A DNA stretch of 64,000 nt from a virus (IMGVR_UViG_3300021963_000027:96001-160000), one strand, 5' to 3'. Positions 37,532 to 47,743 are shown, numbered from the stretch's first letter. The notes: generated by a model not told the origin, from the sequence alone. Program-made: numbers and translations.

Positions 37532-38200
37532 ATGTCAAATTCTAATATTTGTATTTGCACCGCGACAAAACGTGGTGATTGGGGATTTCCACTTACCAAA
37601 AGTCTTATAGAACATGGTTTAGATGGGTTTACACACACTATCTTAAACAATAAGAAGGGATTAGCAGAAGTCTATAATAATTGTCTTGATTTAGCAATCC
37701 AAAAAAAATTTGATTACATTATGTTTATTCATGATGATGTTCATCTGGAACATGATCCTCGTCCAAATTTGGAGAGAGCGTTCAAAGATTTTGATATCGT
37801 GGGTGTGGCGGGATGCTCTAGGGCTGAAATCAAGTCTCCTGCGCTTTGGCATCTAATGGGGGGTGGATTTGGTGGTAATCTACACGGTGCAGTGGCTCAT
37901 GGCAATGCTGATAGAAAACACATGACAAGCTTCGGTGTGTATCCTCATCGAGTGGTGATGATCGATGGTGTTTTCATGGCATTCAATCGTAAAGCTATTG
38001 AGACAGTGAGGTTCGATGAGGATTGTCCATCGGGTTTCCATTTTTACGATCTTTGCATGTGTGCTAGAGCTTTAGAAAAAGGCTTGAAAATTGGTGTGGG
38101 GGATGTTATGATTACTCACGAATCACCAGGACTGAGAGAATTTACAGAAGACTGGAAAGCTGGTGAGTCTTATTATCTCTCCAAATATGGAAACGCATGA
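37532..38200 (+). CDS. GT2-like glycosyltransferase (Glyco_tranf_2_5 type)
   Basis: MFIHDDV, IVGVAG, IDGVFMA, FDE..GFHFYD. Confidence 0.8.
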   Translation: MSNSNICICTATKRGDWGFPLTKSLIEHGLDGFTHTILNNKKGLAEVYNNCLDLAIQKKFDYIMFIHDDVHLEHDPRPNLERAFKDFDIVGVAGCSRAEIKSPALWHLMGGGFGGNLHGAVAHGNADRKHMTSFGVYPHRVVMIDGVFMAFNRKAIETVRFDEDCPSGFHFYDLCMCARALEKGLKIGVGDVMITHESPGLREFTEDWKAGESYYLSKYGNA

Positions 38201-39513
38201 GTGAAATTGATTTTGATTATTTTGAAAAGGTTCTGGTGAAGAACGCGATCACGAATGGTGCTTATCTGGCATCTATCGCTGATTACGTTCAACCGAAGTA
38301 TTTTACGGACAAGAATATTGCGAAATATTTTGAGATTGTTGCTGATTTCTATGAAAAGCGACAAGCTATCCCTACATTTACAGAGGTGAAGACATATCTC
38401 ACCACAGATGAACTCAAATCCAACTTCAAGAAGTTGATCGAGTCATTCAAAGAGATTGATTCCAACCACAATGAGGATGAATTGTATGAGAATACTGAAA
38501 GATTCCTCAAGGAAAGGGGTATGTATCACTCCATTTTGGAGTCCGCAGAGGCAATTTCCGAAGGAGAAGCTGATACTGCTGAGATCGTAGAGAAATTTGA
38601 GAAGATTGCTGGTATCAACCTCAATGTTGATAAGGGAATTGAGCTTTATGGTGATGTTGAAAAGGTCATTGATGACATTTTGAGTGACGAAAATACCATT
38701 TCTTCCAAATGGGCATGGTTAGATGAAGCACTTGGGGGTGGATTTCAAGAAGCTGGTAAGGCGTTGTATGTGTTTGCTGGTCAATCCAACATTGGTAAGA
38801 GTATCTTCCTTGGTAATGTGGCTGCAAACATCGCATCACAGGGTAAGCATGTGCTTGTAGTGACTCTGGAGATGTCTGAGACACTCTATGCTAAGAGAAT
38901 CGCGTCGAATGTGACGAAGATTCCCATGAAGGAGTTCCGTAATTGTGTCCCAACGCTTCGACATGCCCTTGAACAAGAGCATAAGAACACTGATGGACGC
39001 ATTTATATCAAAGAATTCCCCCCATCTACGATTACACCTAAGCAATTAGGAGCTTTCATCAAGAAAATGAAGGATTCTGGTATCAGAATTGATGCTATTG
39101 TGCTTGATTACATCACTTTGATGACTGCTGCTGGTAGTAACAGCTATGAAAAGGGTAAAAACATCTGCGAACAAGTTAGAGCATTGTCTTATGTCTATAA
39201 ATGCCCTATTATTTCAGCTTGTCAGTTGAATAGATCTGCTGTCGGACAGAATAACCCTGATATGTCGGGTGTTGCTGAGTCATTAGCAATCGTTATGACT
39301 GCTGATGTGATTACATCTATCTTCCAGAACGAAGAAGACCAAGAAATGGCAGTAATTCGTCTAGGAATGATGAAAAATAGGTTCGGACCAAGAGGAATGA
39401 CGCAAGCCATGAGAATCGATTACCCAACGCTTAGTATATACCAATCGGATGACGATGAAGAAGAGTTGATGAATGATGATGAACTTAGCCTCCTTGAGAA
39501 ATTAAGCGACTGA
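38197..39513 (+). CDS. Replicative DnaB-like helicase (gp41)
   Basis: AGQSNIGKS, TLEMSE, IVLDY, SACQLNR, MKNRFG. Confidence 0.93.
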   Translation: MSEIDFDYFEKVLVKNAITNGAYLASIADYVQPKYFTDKNIAKYFEIVADFYEKRQAIPTFTEVKTYLTTDELKSNFKKLIESFKEIDSNHNEDELYENTERFLKERGMYHSILESAEAISEGEADTAEIVEKFEKIAGINLNVDKGIELYGDVEKVIDDILSDENTISSKWAWLDEALGGGFQEAGKALYVFAGQSNIGKSIFLGNVAANIASQGKHVLVVTLEMSETLYAKRIASNVTKIPMKEFRNCVPTLRHALEQEHKNTDGRIYIKEFPPSTITPKQLGAFIKKMKDSGIRIDAIVLDYITLMTAAGSNSYEKGKNICEQVRALSYVYKCPIISACQLNRSAVGQNNPDMSGVAESLAIVMTADVITSIFQNEEDQEMAVIRLGMMKNRFGPRGMTQAMRIDYPTLSIYQSDDDEEELMNDDELSLLEKLSD

Positions 39514-39554
39514 TGAATACTCTTGACAAATTTATAAAAAATTGTAGGTATGAC

Positions 39555-40409
39555 ATGTCAAAGTGTTTTGCTTGGGTCAATAGTGATTTGGATGGTATCG
39601 GTTCTACCGTCCTTTTGGGTAATTTGTTTAAGAATTTCGAGTATCGCCACTGCTTCTTTGGTAAATTTGAGGAGCAATACTTACCTTGGGCTAAAGAAAA
39701 TGCGGAGGATTATGAAAAAATCTTCGTGGTTGGTATGGTTTTGGATCAGAATTTGATTAAAAAGATCGATGATCATCGTGTGGTATTCGTTTCCGACCGT
39801 CCCGAAGACTTTAAAGTGTGGGATTCCACCATGATTCAAGAGGAATGCTCGTCTTGCACCAAGATGTTATATAAAAAGTTCAAAGAAAAGGTGGAATTTA
39901 CCAAAAATTTGAAGAAATTCTTCCTTTACGTCGATGATTACAATTCCTACGACTTAAAACACGAGGAAACCAAGTATTTGAACGCTCTTTACCGCAAATC
40001 GGGAGGAAATCGCTTTGTTAATTTTGTAAATCGTTTCTGGAATGGGTTCGACGGGTTCACCACAACAGAAGTTAAGCTTGCGGAAGGATTTTTTGAAGAA
40101 TTGGAGAAGGAATTGGAACACATTACTCTATATTCAGGAGAATGGGATGGATTCAAGGTGATTTCCACCATTTCTAAGTTCTCTGTAAATGAATTAAGCC
40201 ACTCCATCATGGAAAATTATCAAGGAGACGCTGTGATCGTCATGAATCCCGACACACAATTCGTATCTTTCCGCAAATATAAGGGATCGGAGGTTGACAT
40301 TGCTAAAATGGCTGCTAATCTGTGTGACGGTGGTGGCGGTGAATGGGCATCAGGAGGTAAAATCACCAAAGAATTTTTGAAATTCAGCGAAACATTGAAG
40401 GAATTATGA
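39555..40409 (+). CDS. DHH-family phosphoesterase
   Basis: SDLDGIGS, D.R, VDDYN, SFRK...GGGGEWASGG. Confidence 0.75.
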   Translation: MSKCFAWVNSDLDGIGSTVLLGNLFKNFEYRHCFFGKFEEQYLPWAKENAEDYEKIFVVGMVLDQNLIKKIDDHRVVFVSDRPEDFKVWDSTMIQEECSSCTKMLYKKFKEKVEFTKNLKKFFLYVDDYNSYDLKHEETKYLNALYRKSGGNRFVNFVNRFWNGFDGFTTTEVKLAEGFFEELEKELEHITLYSGEWDGFKVISTISKFSVNELSHSIMENYQGDAVIVMNPDTQFVSFRKYKGSEVDIAKMAANLCDGGGGEWASGGKITKEFLKFSETLKEL

Positions 40410-40942
40410 AACGTAGAACATTTTTAGGAGCATTGGGAGCTTTGTTTCTCCCCACCGTAGCAGTAGCGAAAACAATCGTCGAAAATAAAATCACTCCTCC
40501 GACAGAGGAAGAGGATTTTTGTCAATTCTTTTTGAATTTTAATGGATTTCCTATTATTGAGATGCAGAAAATTATGTTCAATTTTTATAAAAACGGATTC
40601 ACTGCGGATGCTTACGGGCGACAAATTTTTGGTGTATCCACGTTCATGCTTACATTAGCAGCATGGGAAGCATTTAGAGGTAAAACAGTTGTCCATTTTT
40701 CATCGAATCAATATTTACGTGATAGAGTTAAAAGAAAATTCCATCAAAATATTGATAAACATTTTGATGGTAAATCTCCAAGTATCGATTTTGGTAACAT
40801 CGAATCAAAAAATATGGGATGTATAATGAAGAAATATGACGTAGCATTATTGGATCAATCTGGCCCATATTATCATGAAGCTTGGTCTGCCATCGCCCCG
40901 TCAGTTAAAAAACATTTACTATTAAAAACATATGAGCTTTGA
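40406..40942 (+). CDS. Hypothetical protein with twin-arginine-like N-terminus and degenerate P-loop-like core
   Basis: MKRRTFLGALGALFLPTVAVA; GRQIFGVST; YDVALLDQ. Confidence 0.55.
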   Translation: MKRRTFLGALGALFLPTVAVAKTIVENKITPPTEEEDFCQFFLNFNGFPIIEMQKIMFNFYKNGFTADAYGRQIFGVSTFMLTLAAWEAFRGKTVVHFSSNQYLRDRVKRKFHQNIDKHFDGKSPSIDFGNIESKNMGCIMKKYDVALLDQSGPYYHEAWSAIAPSVKKHLLLKTYEL

Positions 40943-41216
40943 TCCATCATCAGAAATTGTGGAAGAGGAAACAAATCACCTCTTCCTTTGCTATTGTTCC
41001 TTTATAAATCATCTTAAAGGAAAAAAATTATCCATTCAGAATGTTTTCGTGACTACTCTCCAAGAGGAAAGGCTAAAAACAATTTTGAAAACCATTTTAT
41101 CTCTTGACTCTGACCAAGAACTTGTTAAAGTGTTTCTAGATTATGATCCTACTATTTCACGTAGTAAGTTCATCACGAAATACATTAATTCAGAGCAGAA
41201 AAAGAGAAAGAAATGA
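40932..41216 (+). CDS. Hypothetical protein
   Basis: 94-aa ORF in operon. Confidence 0.65.
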   Translation: MSFDPSSEIVEEETNHLFLCYCSFINHLKGKKLSIQNVFVTTLQEERLKTILKTILSLDSDQELVKVFLDYDPTISRSKFITKYINSEQKKRKK

Positions 41217-41512
41217 AATATACTTACAGTATACAGAGTCCATGGTTAAATGATTGGAACTCATTTATTAAAAATGAAGTGAAATCATACTGTGATGGCT
41301 ACATGGATGCCATGAAAGGAGAAATGCCACGAATTCACCTGAGAATGGTTAGATCGGATGGTAAGATTATCAGAGAAATAACGGAATACGATGATGTTGG
41401 TATCGGCATGATCGCTGGATTTCCTACTGCGGAACAATACGAACGGGCTGCTGAGAGGGCATTGGAGAGAGCTAAGAAGATCAGAGAGAATCAGGAGAAG
41501 AATAGACGATAA
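41213..41512 (+). CDS. Hypothetical protein
   Basis: 99-aa ORF in operon. Confidence 0.65.
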   Translation: MKYTYSIQSPWLNDWNSFIKNEVKSYCDGYMDAMKGEMPRIHLRMVRSDGKIIREITEYDDVGIGMIAGFPTAEQYERAAERALERAKKIRENQEKNRR

Positions 41513-41737
41513 ATGTATCACGATGAAACAGAAAAGGATAAGGTGAAAGGTATGACATACCGAACATTCAATGCTTGGAAATCTTGGGGGTTTAAAATCA
41601 AAAAGGGTGAAAAATCTCATTACAGACACCCAATGTTTGGTAGTATGTTTTCATCGGATCAAGTATATAATCCAGAAACTCGTTGTTATTCGGTTGGTAA
41701 AGAATTAAATTATCTATCAAAATATGGTGATATCTGA
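41513..41737 (+). CDS. Small hypothetical protein with ArdC-like motif
   Basis: TFNAWKSWGFKIKKGEK. Confidence 0.5.
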   Translation: MYHDETEKDKVKGMTYRTFNAWKSWGFKIKKGEKSHYRHPMFGSMFSSDQVYNPETRCYSVGKELNYLSKYGDI

Positions 41738-42356
41738 TTTTCAAAAAAGAATTTACAACTCCCATCTCGCCATCTCCCGCAAGATGCGCGACAAACCATT
41801 TCGGATTCGTAAGGATTTCTCCGACATGGATCAAACCAAGCTAGATCGTCTCGCTTCTCTGGAAAGATTTTTCAATAGTTATCAAAATATTAAAATTGAT
41901 GATTATTTCGCTGCCCCTTACGCAATTTTTGAGGATGATGACTATTTTGATTTGGATTTTTACTTGACTTCCAAAGCAAAGAAGGCATACTCTCAATACA
42001 TGAAGAAAATTGAGATGGATGATCCTGATTCGGAGAGTTCCCTCAATCGATTGGTGGATAGTCTTAAATTTGTCAAAAATTTCTGCAAAGAAAAAAACTT
42101 GACTTTGAAAGAATATCCATTATATATTGAAGACGCTCTACCGAACATGATTGACCATCTGAAGAACCATCATATAAATATGTATGCGCTTCATGCTTTA
42201 GGTGTTACAAAAATCGAGGTAGAGAATCGTATTCTGGATTTTATTTTCTCAGACTTTTGGATTTCGTTTCAAAAAACGAAGAACAAATTCTATCTGAGTA
42301 AAAAAATGAAGGAATTTTCAAAACAAGCAATTGACAAAATAACAAAACAACTATAA
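41724..42356 (+). CDS. Hypothetical protein, possibly gp59-like helicase loader
   Basis: Size and position directly upstream of gp32 only; no clear motif. Confidence 0.35.
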   Translation: MVISDFQKRIYNSHLAISRKMRDKPFRIRKDFSDMDQTKLDRLASLERFFNSYQNIKIDDYFAAPYAIFEDDDYFDLDFYLTSKAKKAYSQYMKKIEMDDPDSESSLNRLVDSLKFVKNFCKEKNLTLKEYPLYIEDALPNMIDHLKNHHINMYALHALGVTKIEVENRILDFIFSDFWISFQKTKNKFYLSKKMKEFSKQAIDKITKQL

Positions 42357-42370
42357 TAACTAAACAACAA

Positions 42371-43288
42371 ATGAGTACAAAAACAAAAAGCAAATTCGGT
42401 GCTGCGATGTTCGATTCGATCAAAGCAGCTTTAAACAAGGGTAATGAATCGTCTGGTGGACAATTCTCAAATATTATGAGTTTTCCTGCTGGTAATACAT
42501 ATACTCTGCGTCTGATCCCAAATGTGGAGAATCCTGAAAAGAGTCTCTTCCATCATTGGGTGAATGGCTGGAACAGCAAAGCGACAGGTTCTTACATGAG
42601 CTTCATCGGTCTTCAAACTTTTGGTGATCGTGATCCGATTTCTGAACTTCGTTGGAAGCTTTGGAAAAGCTGGAAAGAAGCTAATCCTAAAGCTGAGAAC
42701 AAAGAATACAAAGCAGAAATTGCTCAGAAAGAGCAGTGGCTTGTGAATGTTTACGTGGTCAATGATCCTGCTAAACCAGAAAACAATGGCACTGTGAAGA
42801 TTCTTCGTATGGGTCCACAACTCAAGAAGATTATCGACGATGCCACTGAAGGTGAGCGTTCCGATGAACTTGGTTGGGATATTTTTGACCCGACTAAAGG
42901 ACACGATTTCAAGATCGTTGCTGAGAAGAAAGGTGAATATACCACATTCGAATCTTCGTTTATCACTACCAAGTCCAAGACTGTTTTGGATGAGGAAGAG
43001 ATTGATAAGATTTGTGAGTCTCTTCATGATCTGGAAGCGGTTTATCCCGTGAAGACTTTTGATGAGCTTCAAGAAGTTCTTAACGAACACTTCTTCGTTG
43101 GTGAAGAGAAAGAAGAGCGCAAGCCTTTGAAGCAAGCCAAAAAAGAAGCTGTAGCCTCTAAAGAAGACGATGACGATGACATTCCTTTCGTTCATGAAAC
43201 ACCGAAAGCGACATCGACTCCCAAAAAGCAAGTAGTCGAAGATGACAATGATGAAATTGACGATCTTCTTGCTGGATTAGATGACTAA
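42371..43288 (+). CDS. Single-stranded DNA-binding protein (gp32-like)
   Basis: LRLIP, NVYVVNDPAKPENNGTVKI, FDPTKGHDF; acidic tail DDLLAGLDD. Confidence 0.9.
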   Translation: MSTKTKSKFGAAMFDSIKAALNKGNESSGGQFSNIMSFPAGNTYTLRLIPNVENPEKSLFHHWVNGWNSKATGSYMSFIGLQTFGDRDPISELRWKLWKSWKEANPKAENKEYKAEIAQKEQWLVNVYVVNDPAKPENNGTVKILRMGPQLKKIIDDATEGERSDELGWDIFDPTKGHDFKIVAEKKGEYTTFESSFITTKSKTVLDEEEIDKICESLHDLEAVYPVKTFDELQEVLNEHFFVGEEKEERKPLKQAKKEAVASKEDDDDDIPFVHETPKATSTPKKQVVEDDNDEIDDLLAGLDD

Positions 43289-43295
43289 CCCTACT

Positions 43296-43325
43296 AACCC
43301 TCTCCATCAATCGGTGGGGAGGGTT
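43296..43325 (+). terminator. Hairpin after gp32
   Basis: 13-bp stem (2 G-U pairs), 4-nt loop; weak U tract. Confidence 0.6.
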
Positions 43326-43341
43326 TCCCCTTTAATAAATT

Positions 43342-43806
43342 ATGAATAACATTCCCGAAGAAATTGAAGCAATGGCATTTTTGATTGGACAATCCAGTCA
43401 AATTGATCAAATGATGGTTGATCGACCATCGACACTTATCACATCAACACATACTTTGAAAAAAGGTTTGAATGATTATATTCAAACACAAAGACAACAA
43501 GCACCTCCTCCTCCTCCTGTTCAATATCCCCAAGTTGCTCAACCACCTATCGTCCCAATTCCAAATTATGTTCCACCTCAAGAACTACCCCAAGTTCCTC
43601 AGTATGCTCCAATGCCACAAAAAGTGGATGATGGGCAATTGGAATTGAATTTGGAGCCAACTAAAGTGGAAGAAGTTATTATTTTATTGAGAGAAATCTC
43701 CAATAAGTTGACAAAGCAGAATAATCTGCTAGAAAAGACATATGCAAATCAATCTAAACAGAAAACCGTTTCAGAACCTATTGTTAAGCTTGTCACAAAT
43801 AAGTGA
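43342..43806 (+). CDS. Pro/Gln-rich hypothetical protein
   Basis: QAPPPPPVQYPQ repeats. Confidence 0.7.
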   Translation: MNNIPEEIEAMAFLIGQSSQIDQMMVDRPSTLITSTHTLKKGLNDYIQTQRQQAPPPPPVQYPQVAQPPIVPIPNYVPPQELPQVPQYAPMPQKVDDGQLELNLEPTKVEEVIILLREISNKLTKQNNLLEKTYANQSKQKTVSEPIVKLVTNK

Positions 43807-44449
43807 TACATGTGTTCTAGAGATGAAAGATGACGGCATACATGGTATTTCCTCTAGCGAGGATAACTCCATGTATGCTCATGCATATCTAAGAGGTGAT
43901 TTCGAAGAAAAGAATCTGAATCTACCTTCTCTGAAGAAGCTTTCCAAAGCATTAGACATGGTATCATCTGATACTGTGAAGCTAAAGTTGAACGGAAACC
44001 ATTTGGAGTATAAAGATAAGCAAATCAAATTCAAATACCATCTCCATGAAGAAGGAGTCATCACTAGACCCAAGTTATCTCTGGAAAAGATTCGTAATTT
44101 TGAATATAACATCGAATTTGAGTTGGACTTTGATTTCCTTTCCAATATTCTTCAAAAATCTTCCATCACAAACACCAAAAAATTATATATTTTCACAGAA
44201 GATGGTAATTTGGTGTGGAAAGTAGGAGACGAGACTGTTCCAAACAGCGATACTCTGAGTATTGTAGGGGATGAAGTTGAATTTGAACTCAATCCTTTCA
44301 TTCTAAAGATTGACAATTTGAAATTATTGTCTAAAGTATCGAAGACGGGTAATGTATTCAAAATCAATTCCAAGTTGGGAGTTGGTTGTATCGTCACGAA
44401 GAGTGGTGATTTTGAAATGGAATATATTTTTAGCTCATTGAAGAATTAA
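43742..44449 (+). CDS. Sliding clamp (gp45/PCNA-like)
   Basis: 235 aa; two alpha/beta repeats (LPSLKKLSKAL, IDNLKLL); replication cluster. Confidence 0.7.
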   Translation: MQINLNRKPFQNLLLSLSQISDTCVLEMKDDGIHGISSSEDNSMYAHAYLRGDFEEKNLNLPSLKKLSKALDMVSSDTVKLKLNGNHLEYKDKQIKFKYHLHEEGVITRPKLSLEKIRNFEYNIEFELDFDFLSNILQKSSITNTKKLYIFTEDGNLVWKVGDETVPNSDTLSIVGDEVEFELNPFILKIDNLKLLSKVSKTGNVFKINSKLGVGCIVTKSGDFEMEYIFSSLKN

Positions 44450-44451
44450 TT

Positions 44452-44658
44452 ATGGACGAAGAAACGAAATTACAAATCGAGGATGCTAGAGCATCTATTC
44501 AAGCTCTTGATCATCAACAACAAGAAATTTATAAAAATATCAAAGGTTTAGTGAACCCTGATATCGAAGATTATCTATGGGATTACTGCTTCAATTGTGA
44601 AATTGGCGACAGATCGGAATTTATCACAAGAACAAAAGAAATTATTTATGGCGATTAA
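44452..44658 (+). CDS. Small hypothetical protein
   Basis: 68-aa ORF. Confidence 0.6.
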   Translation: MDEETKLQIEDARASIQALDHQQQEIYKNIKGLVNPDIEDYLWDYCFNCEIGDRSEFITRTKEIIYGD

Positions 44659-44902
44659 CGAAATTACAGGAAAAGTCATTAAAACATCTCCTCAGAATTC
44701 TGCATATTCTGAAGGATGGGAAAAAGTCTTCGCTAAGAAATCTGCAAACGAATGGCTCAAGACGATGCCAGATGTTCAGATGATGGACCCTGATGGTTGG
44801 AGACAGAACGATGGTGTGGATATGGATACTCCCATCAAATGGTCTGATTTCCAAAAAAGATTAAACATTTCAACAATACTTTGTAAAATTCCTAATGTAT
44901 AA
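44648..44902 (+). CDS. Small hypothetical protein
   Basis: MAINEITGKVIKT...YSEGWEKVF. Confidence 0.6.
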   Translation: MAINEITGKVIKTSPQNSAYSEGWEKVFAKKSANEWLKTMPDVQMMDPDGWRQNDGVDMDTPIKWSDFQKRLNISTILCKIPNV

Positions 44903-45284
44903 CTTATTCTTAGACGATGTTAGAACTCCGAAAGAAGCATTTCTTTATGGGGAAGGAAAAATGTTGTGTGGATACTCTGATATTCCCAATGGTTGTTGGG
45001 AAATTGTTAGAAATTATGAGGACTTTGTGAAAATCCTCAACGAAAAGGGGTTGCCACGAGCAGTTTCTTTCGATTGTGACTTATGTAAAGACCATATGGT
45101 TCATTACATGAAAGAAACAACACGGTCTGAAATTTACGAATGGGAAAATTTTGATACCAAATGTGGTATCCACTGTGCCAATTACCTTAAATCATTATTA
45201 AAAGGTGGGGAAGATATTAAAATCTATGTCCACACCGCAAATCACGTAGGAAGACGAATCATTAAACAAATATTATCATGCTAA
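44895..45284 (+). CDS. Cyclic-phosphate-processing receiver-domain protein
   Basis: LFLDDVRTP, WEIVRNYEDF, SFDCDL, HTANHVG. Confidence 0.75.
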   Translation: MYNLFLDDVRTPKEAFLYGEGKMLCGYSDIPNGCWEIVRNYEDFVKILNEKGLPRAVSFDCDLCKDHMVHYMKETTRSEIYEWENFDTKCGIHCANYLKSLLKGGEDIKIYVHTANHVGRRIIKQILSC

Positions 45285-45802
45285 ATAAAATTTTCATAGA
45301 TCTTGACGAGACATTAATATCGGGATCAGCAGCATCGCGATATCTAACCGATTGTGATTTCACTATCGCATTAGAATACGGCGGTGTTTACGACATCAAA
45401 GTTCGATCATCAGCACTCGATGTCATTAAATTGGCACGTAGCTATGTTGGATTGGAAAACGTGTATATATTGACAATTGCGACTAGAGAATATGCAACAG
45501 AAGTATCAAGATTAGCTTGTTTTGACTTTCCTTCTGAAAATATAATCCCAAGAGAGGAAATTCACCAAGCAACATATAAGACATTATATGGTGGTATGAA
45601 TTATGGGACTAATACTAAGATATCACATTCTGATAATGTTTTGATTGATAATCTTCCTGCTAGAGAGAACGAGAAGAAAATGATTTATATCGGTATTAAG
45701 CCTGATCGTTATCTCAGCATCACACCTTATTACGGAACGAATTTTGAAGATGATGATTTCTACTCATCAGTGGAAGAATTTCTCTTGCAAAAATCCAAAT
45801 AA
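45278..45802 (+). CDS. HAD-family (NIF/FCP1-like) phosphatase
   Basis: IFIDLDETLI; VLIDN. Confidence 0.7.
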   Translation: MLNKIFIDLDETLISGSAASRYLTDCDFTIALEYGGVYDIKVRSSALDVIKLARSYVGLENVYILTIATREYATEVSRLACFDFPSENIIPREEIHQATYKTLYGGMNYGTNTKISHSDNVLIDNLPARENEKKMIYIGIKPDRYLSITPYYGTNFEDDDFYSSVEEFLLQKSK

Positions 45803-45805
45803 CAG

Positions 45806-45811
45806 TAAATA
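45806..45811 (+). promoter_or_regulatory. Late promoter core TAAATA
   Basis: N5 to ATG(45817). Confidence 0.55.
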
Positions 45812-45816
45812 TTTCT

Positions 45817-46143
45817 ATGAAGAATAATATTACCACACAAGGTTATTTTGTTAAAAGATTGAGAGATTCTGGTTTCGTCGTGGTCAAATTGTTTGATCAA
45901 TACGGTCAACATGATCCTCGTAAATGGTCTGTGATGGTAGACCCAAGTAATACATCTGTGATGATCACTTGTTATCAAAACAAAGAGTTCAAAGGTGATA
46001 TTCTATTCGAGATTAATGACGGTGGAAATCGTTTTATTAAAAATTTCAACCTCAAAACACAAAGTATGGAGATTGTCATCACCACTTTGATTGAAAAGGG
46101 TGTTGGACAAATCGAAGAAAATTCAGTCTATAAAAAAGACTAA
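45817..46143 (+). CDS. Hypothetical protein
   Basis: 108-aa ORF. Confidence 0.7.
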   Translation: MKNNITTQGYFVKRLRDSGFVVVKLFDQYGQHDPRKWSVMVDPSNTSVMITCYQNKEFKGDILFEINDGGNRFIKNFNLKTQSMEIVITTLIEKGVGQIEENSVYKKD

Positions 46144-46146
46144 ATA
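46141..46146 (+). promoter_or_regulatory. Late promoter core TAAATA
   Basis: N5 to ATG(46152). Confidence 0.55.
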
Positions 46147-46151
46147 ATATT

Positions 46152-46463
46152 ATGGAAAAGGGAGAAGAACCCCCTGATGAGGTATTTGTGGATGAAAAGG
46201 TTTTAGAAATCCTTAGAGAATCTTTGAAACAAAAGCTCAAAAGAGATAGAAAAGGTGGTAAAAGCGTAATTAAAAATGCTTTAAAAGCTACAATGCAAGA
46301 ATTTTTAACATGTGGTAAACTCTTAGGTTACGATTTAGATGGAAATGTGGTGGAAATCTCATTTCATTCTAATAAATTAGAAGATAACGCCATGCAGAAC
46401 CTCTTCATTCAAAAATTTGGAGAGTTCATGGCTGGTAGAATGAATATATCAGGTGATTTTTAA
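46152..46463 (+). CDS. Hypothetical protein
   Basis: 103-aa ORF. Confidence 0.7.
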   Translation: MEKGEEPPDEVFVDEKVLEILRESLKQKLKRDRKGGKSVIKNALKATMQEFLTCGKLLGYDLDGNVVEISFHSNKLEDNAMQNLFIQKFGEFMAGRMNISGDF

Positions 46464-46740
46464 TTTTTTAAAACCGAAAATAAAAAAAGGCGATGTCTAT
46501 GCTGTTCAAGCAGGAGACTTCGTTGGTCAATTCTTTAATTTTATTAAAAAAGATGGCGATGAATACGTTTTTCTTTCCACACCATTGATGGAAATCCAAC
46601 GAGTTCCAAAAGAAAAATTTGACTTTGCGAAAGAACAAGGTATCATTGAATACATTGAAAATCTTCCAAGAAATATCTTCCAAGTTATCGAAGCGGAATA
46701 TCAACACCAATCAAAAAAGGTTGGTGGAGATTCCAAGTGA
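46453..46740 (+). CDS. Hypothetical protein
   Basis: 95-aa ORF. Confidence 0.65.
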   Translation: MIFNFLKPKIKKGDVYAVQAGDFVGQFFNFIKKDGDEYVFLSTPLMEIQRVPKEKFDFAKEQGIIEYIENLPRNIFQVIEAEYQHQSKKVGGDSK

Positions 46741-47743
46741 TTACGTTGTATCCAAATTTTATGAATTTGGGTATAAAGTAAGTCATAATACTCATGGCAA
46801 CACTTATAATTGTTGTTGTCCTATTTGTAGAGAAGGAAAAAGCTGGGGTCATAAGAAGAGATGCTTCTATATTCCAGAGAATGATAACATTTTTTGCCAT
46901 AATTGTGGATGGTCATCCAAACCCTACAAATGGATCAAGGAAGTTTCAGGAATGTCATTCAATCAAATAGTCGATGAGATTGAAAAGGGTAATTTCGGCA
47001 TGATAAATGTGATGGATTTAGAAGAAAAAGAAGAAAAACCAAAGACTACATCGTCTTTACCAGTAGATAGTATCAATTTATCTGATAAAAATCAGACGGA
47101 TTATTACAAGAATAATAAGATTGTCCAAAAAGCCTTAGATTATATCAAGGATAGACGATTGGATAAAGCTGTGAACCGTCCTGATGCATTTTATCTATCT
47201 CTGAAAGACCGTGTGCATGATAATCGTTTGGTGATCCCGTTCAAAGATGAAGCGGGTAAGATCATCTATTACCAATCCAGAAGGATTTTAGATGATGAAT
47301 CTCCAAGTTACTTGTCAAAAGATGGTGGAGATAAAAGTGTCTTCGGTATCGAGCGAGTATCGTCTGACTTAGACAAGGTGTTTATCATTGAAGGACCGTT
47401 AGATGCTTGTTTCGTAAAAAACGGATTAGGTGTTGGAGGTATTACTAAAGGTGAACAATTGTTTACTTTTAGTCAACAAGAACAAATGGATAGTCTGAAA
47501 TTCTTTGAGAGAATTTGGGTGCTTGATAGTCAATGGCTTGACAAGACTGCACGAGAGAAGACACTAAAGCTCATTGAGATGGGGGAGAAAGTCTTTATAT
47601 GGCCTGAGTATGATGGGAAACGCTTCAAAGACATAAATGCCGTGTGTATGGCTTATGAAATGAACGAATACCCAACAGATTTAATTCTGAAGAACACCTA
47701 TAAAGGGTTGGCAGCAACGGTAAAGATGAAATTGATCAAGTGA
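46724..47743 (+). CDS. DNA primase (gp61-like)
   Basis: CPIC...CHNCG zinc finger; RLVIPF, IIEGPLDA (Toprim), KDIN; GTG start inferred. Confidence 0.92.
   Translation: MEIPSDYVVSKFYEFGYKVSHNTHGNTYNCCCPICREGKSWGHKKRCFYIPENDNIFCHNCGWSSKPYKWIKEVSGMSFNQIVDEIEKGNFGMINVMDLEEKEEKPKTTSSLPVDSINLSDKNQTDYYKNNKIVQKALDYIKDRRLDKAVNRPDAFYLSLKDRVHDNRLVIPFKDEAGKIIYYQSRRILDDESPSYLSKDGGDKSVFGIERVSSDLDKVFIIEGPLDACFVKNGLGVGGITKGEQLFTFSQQEQMDSLKFFERIWVLDSQWLDKTAREKTLKLIEMGEKVFIWPEYDGKRFKDINAVCMAYEMNEYPTDLILKNTYKGLAATVKMKLIK

Noticed and set aside
39523-39550. TTGACA promoter before the DHH gene
   Set aside because: No convincing TAnnnT -10 hexamer at 16-18 nt spacing.
42467-43231. 254-aa minus-strand ORF
   Set aside because: Antisense shadow of gp32.
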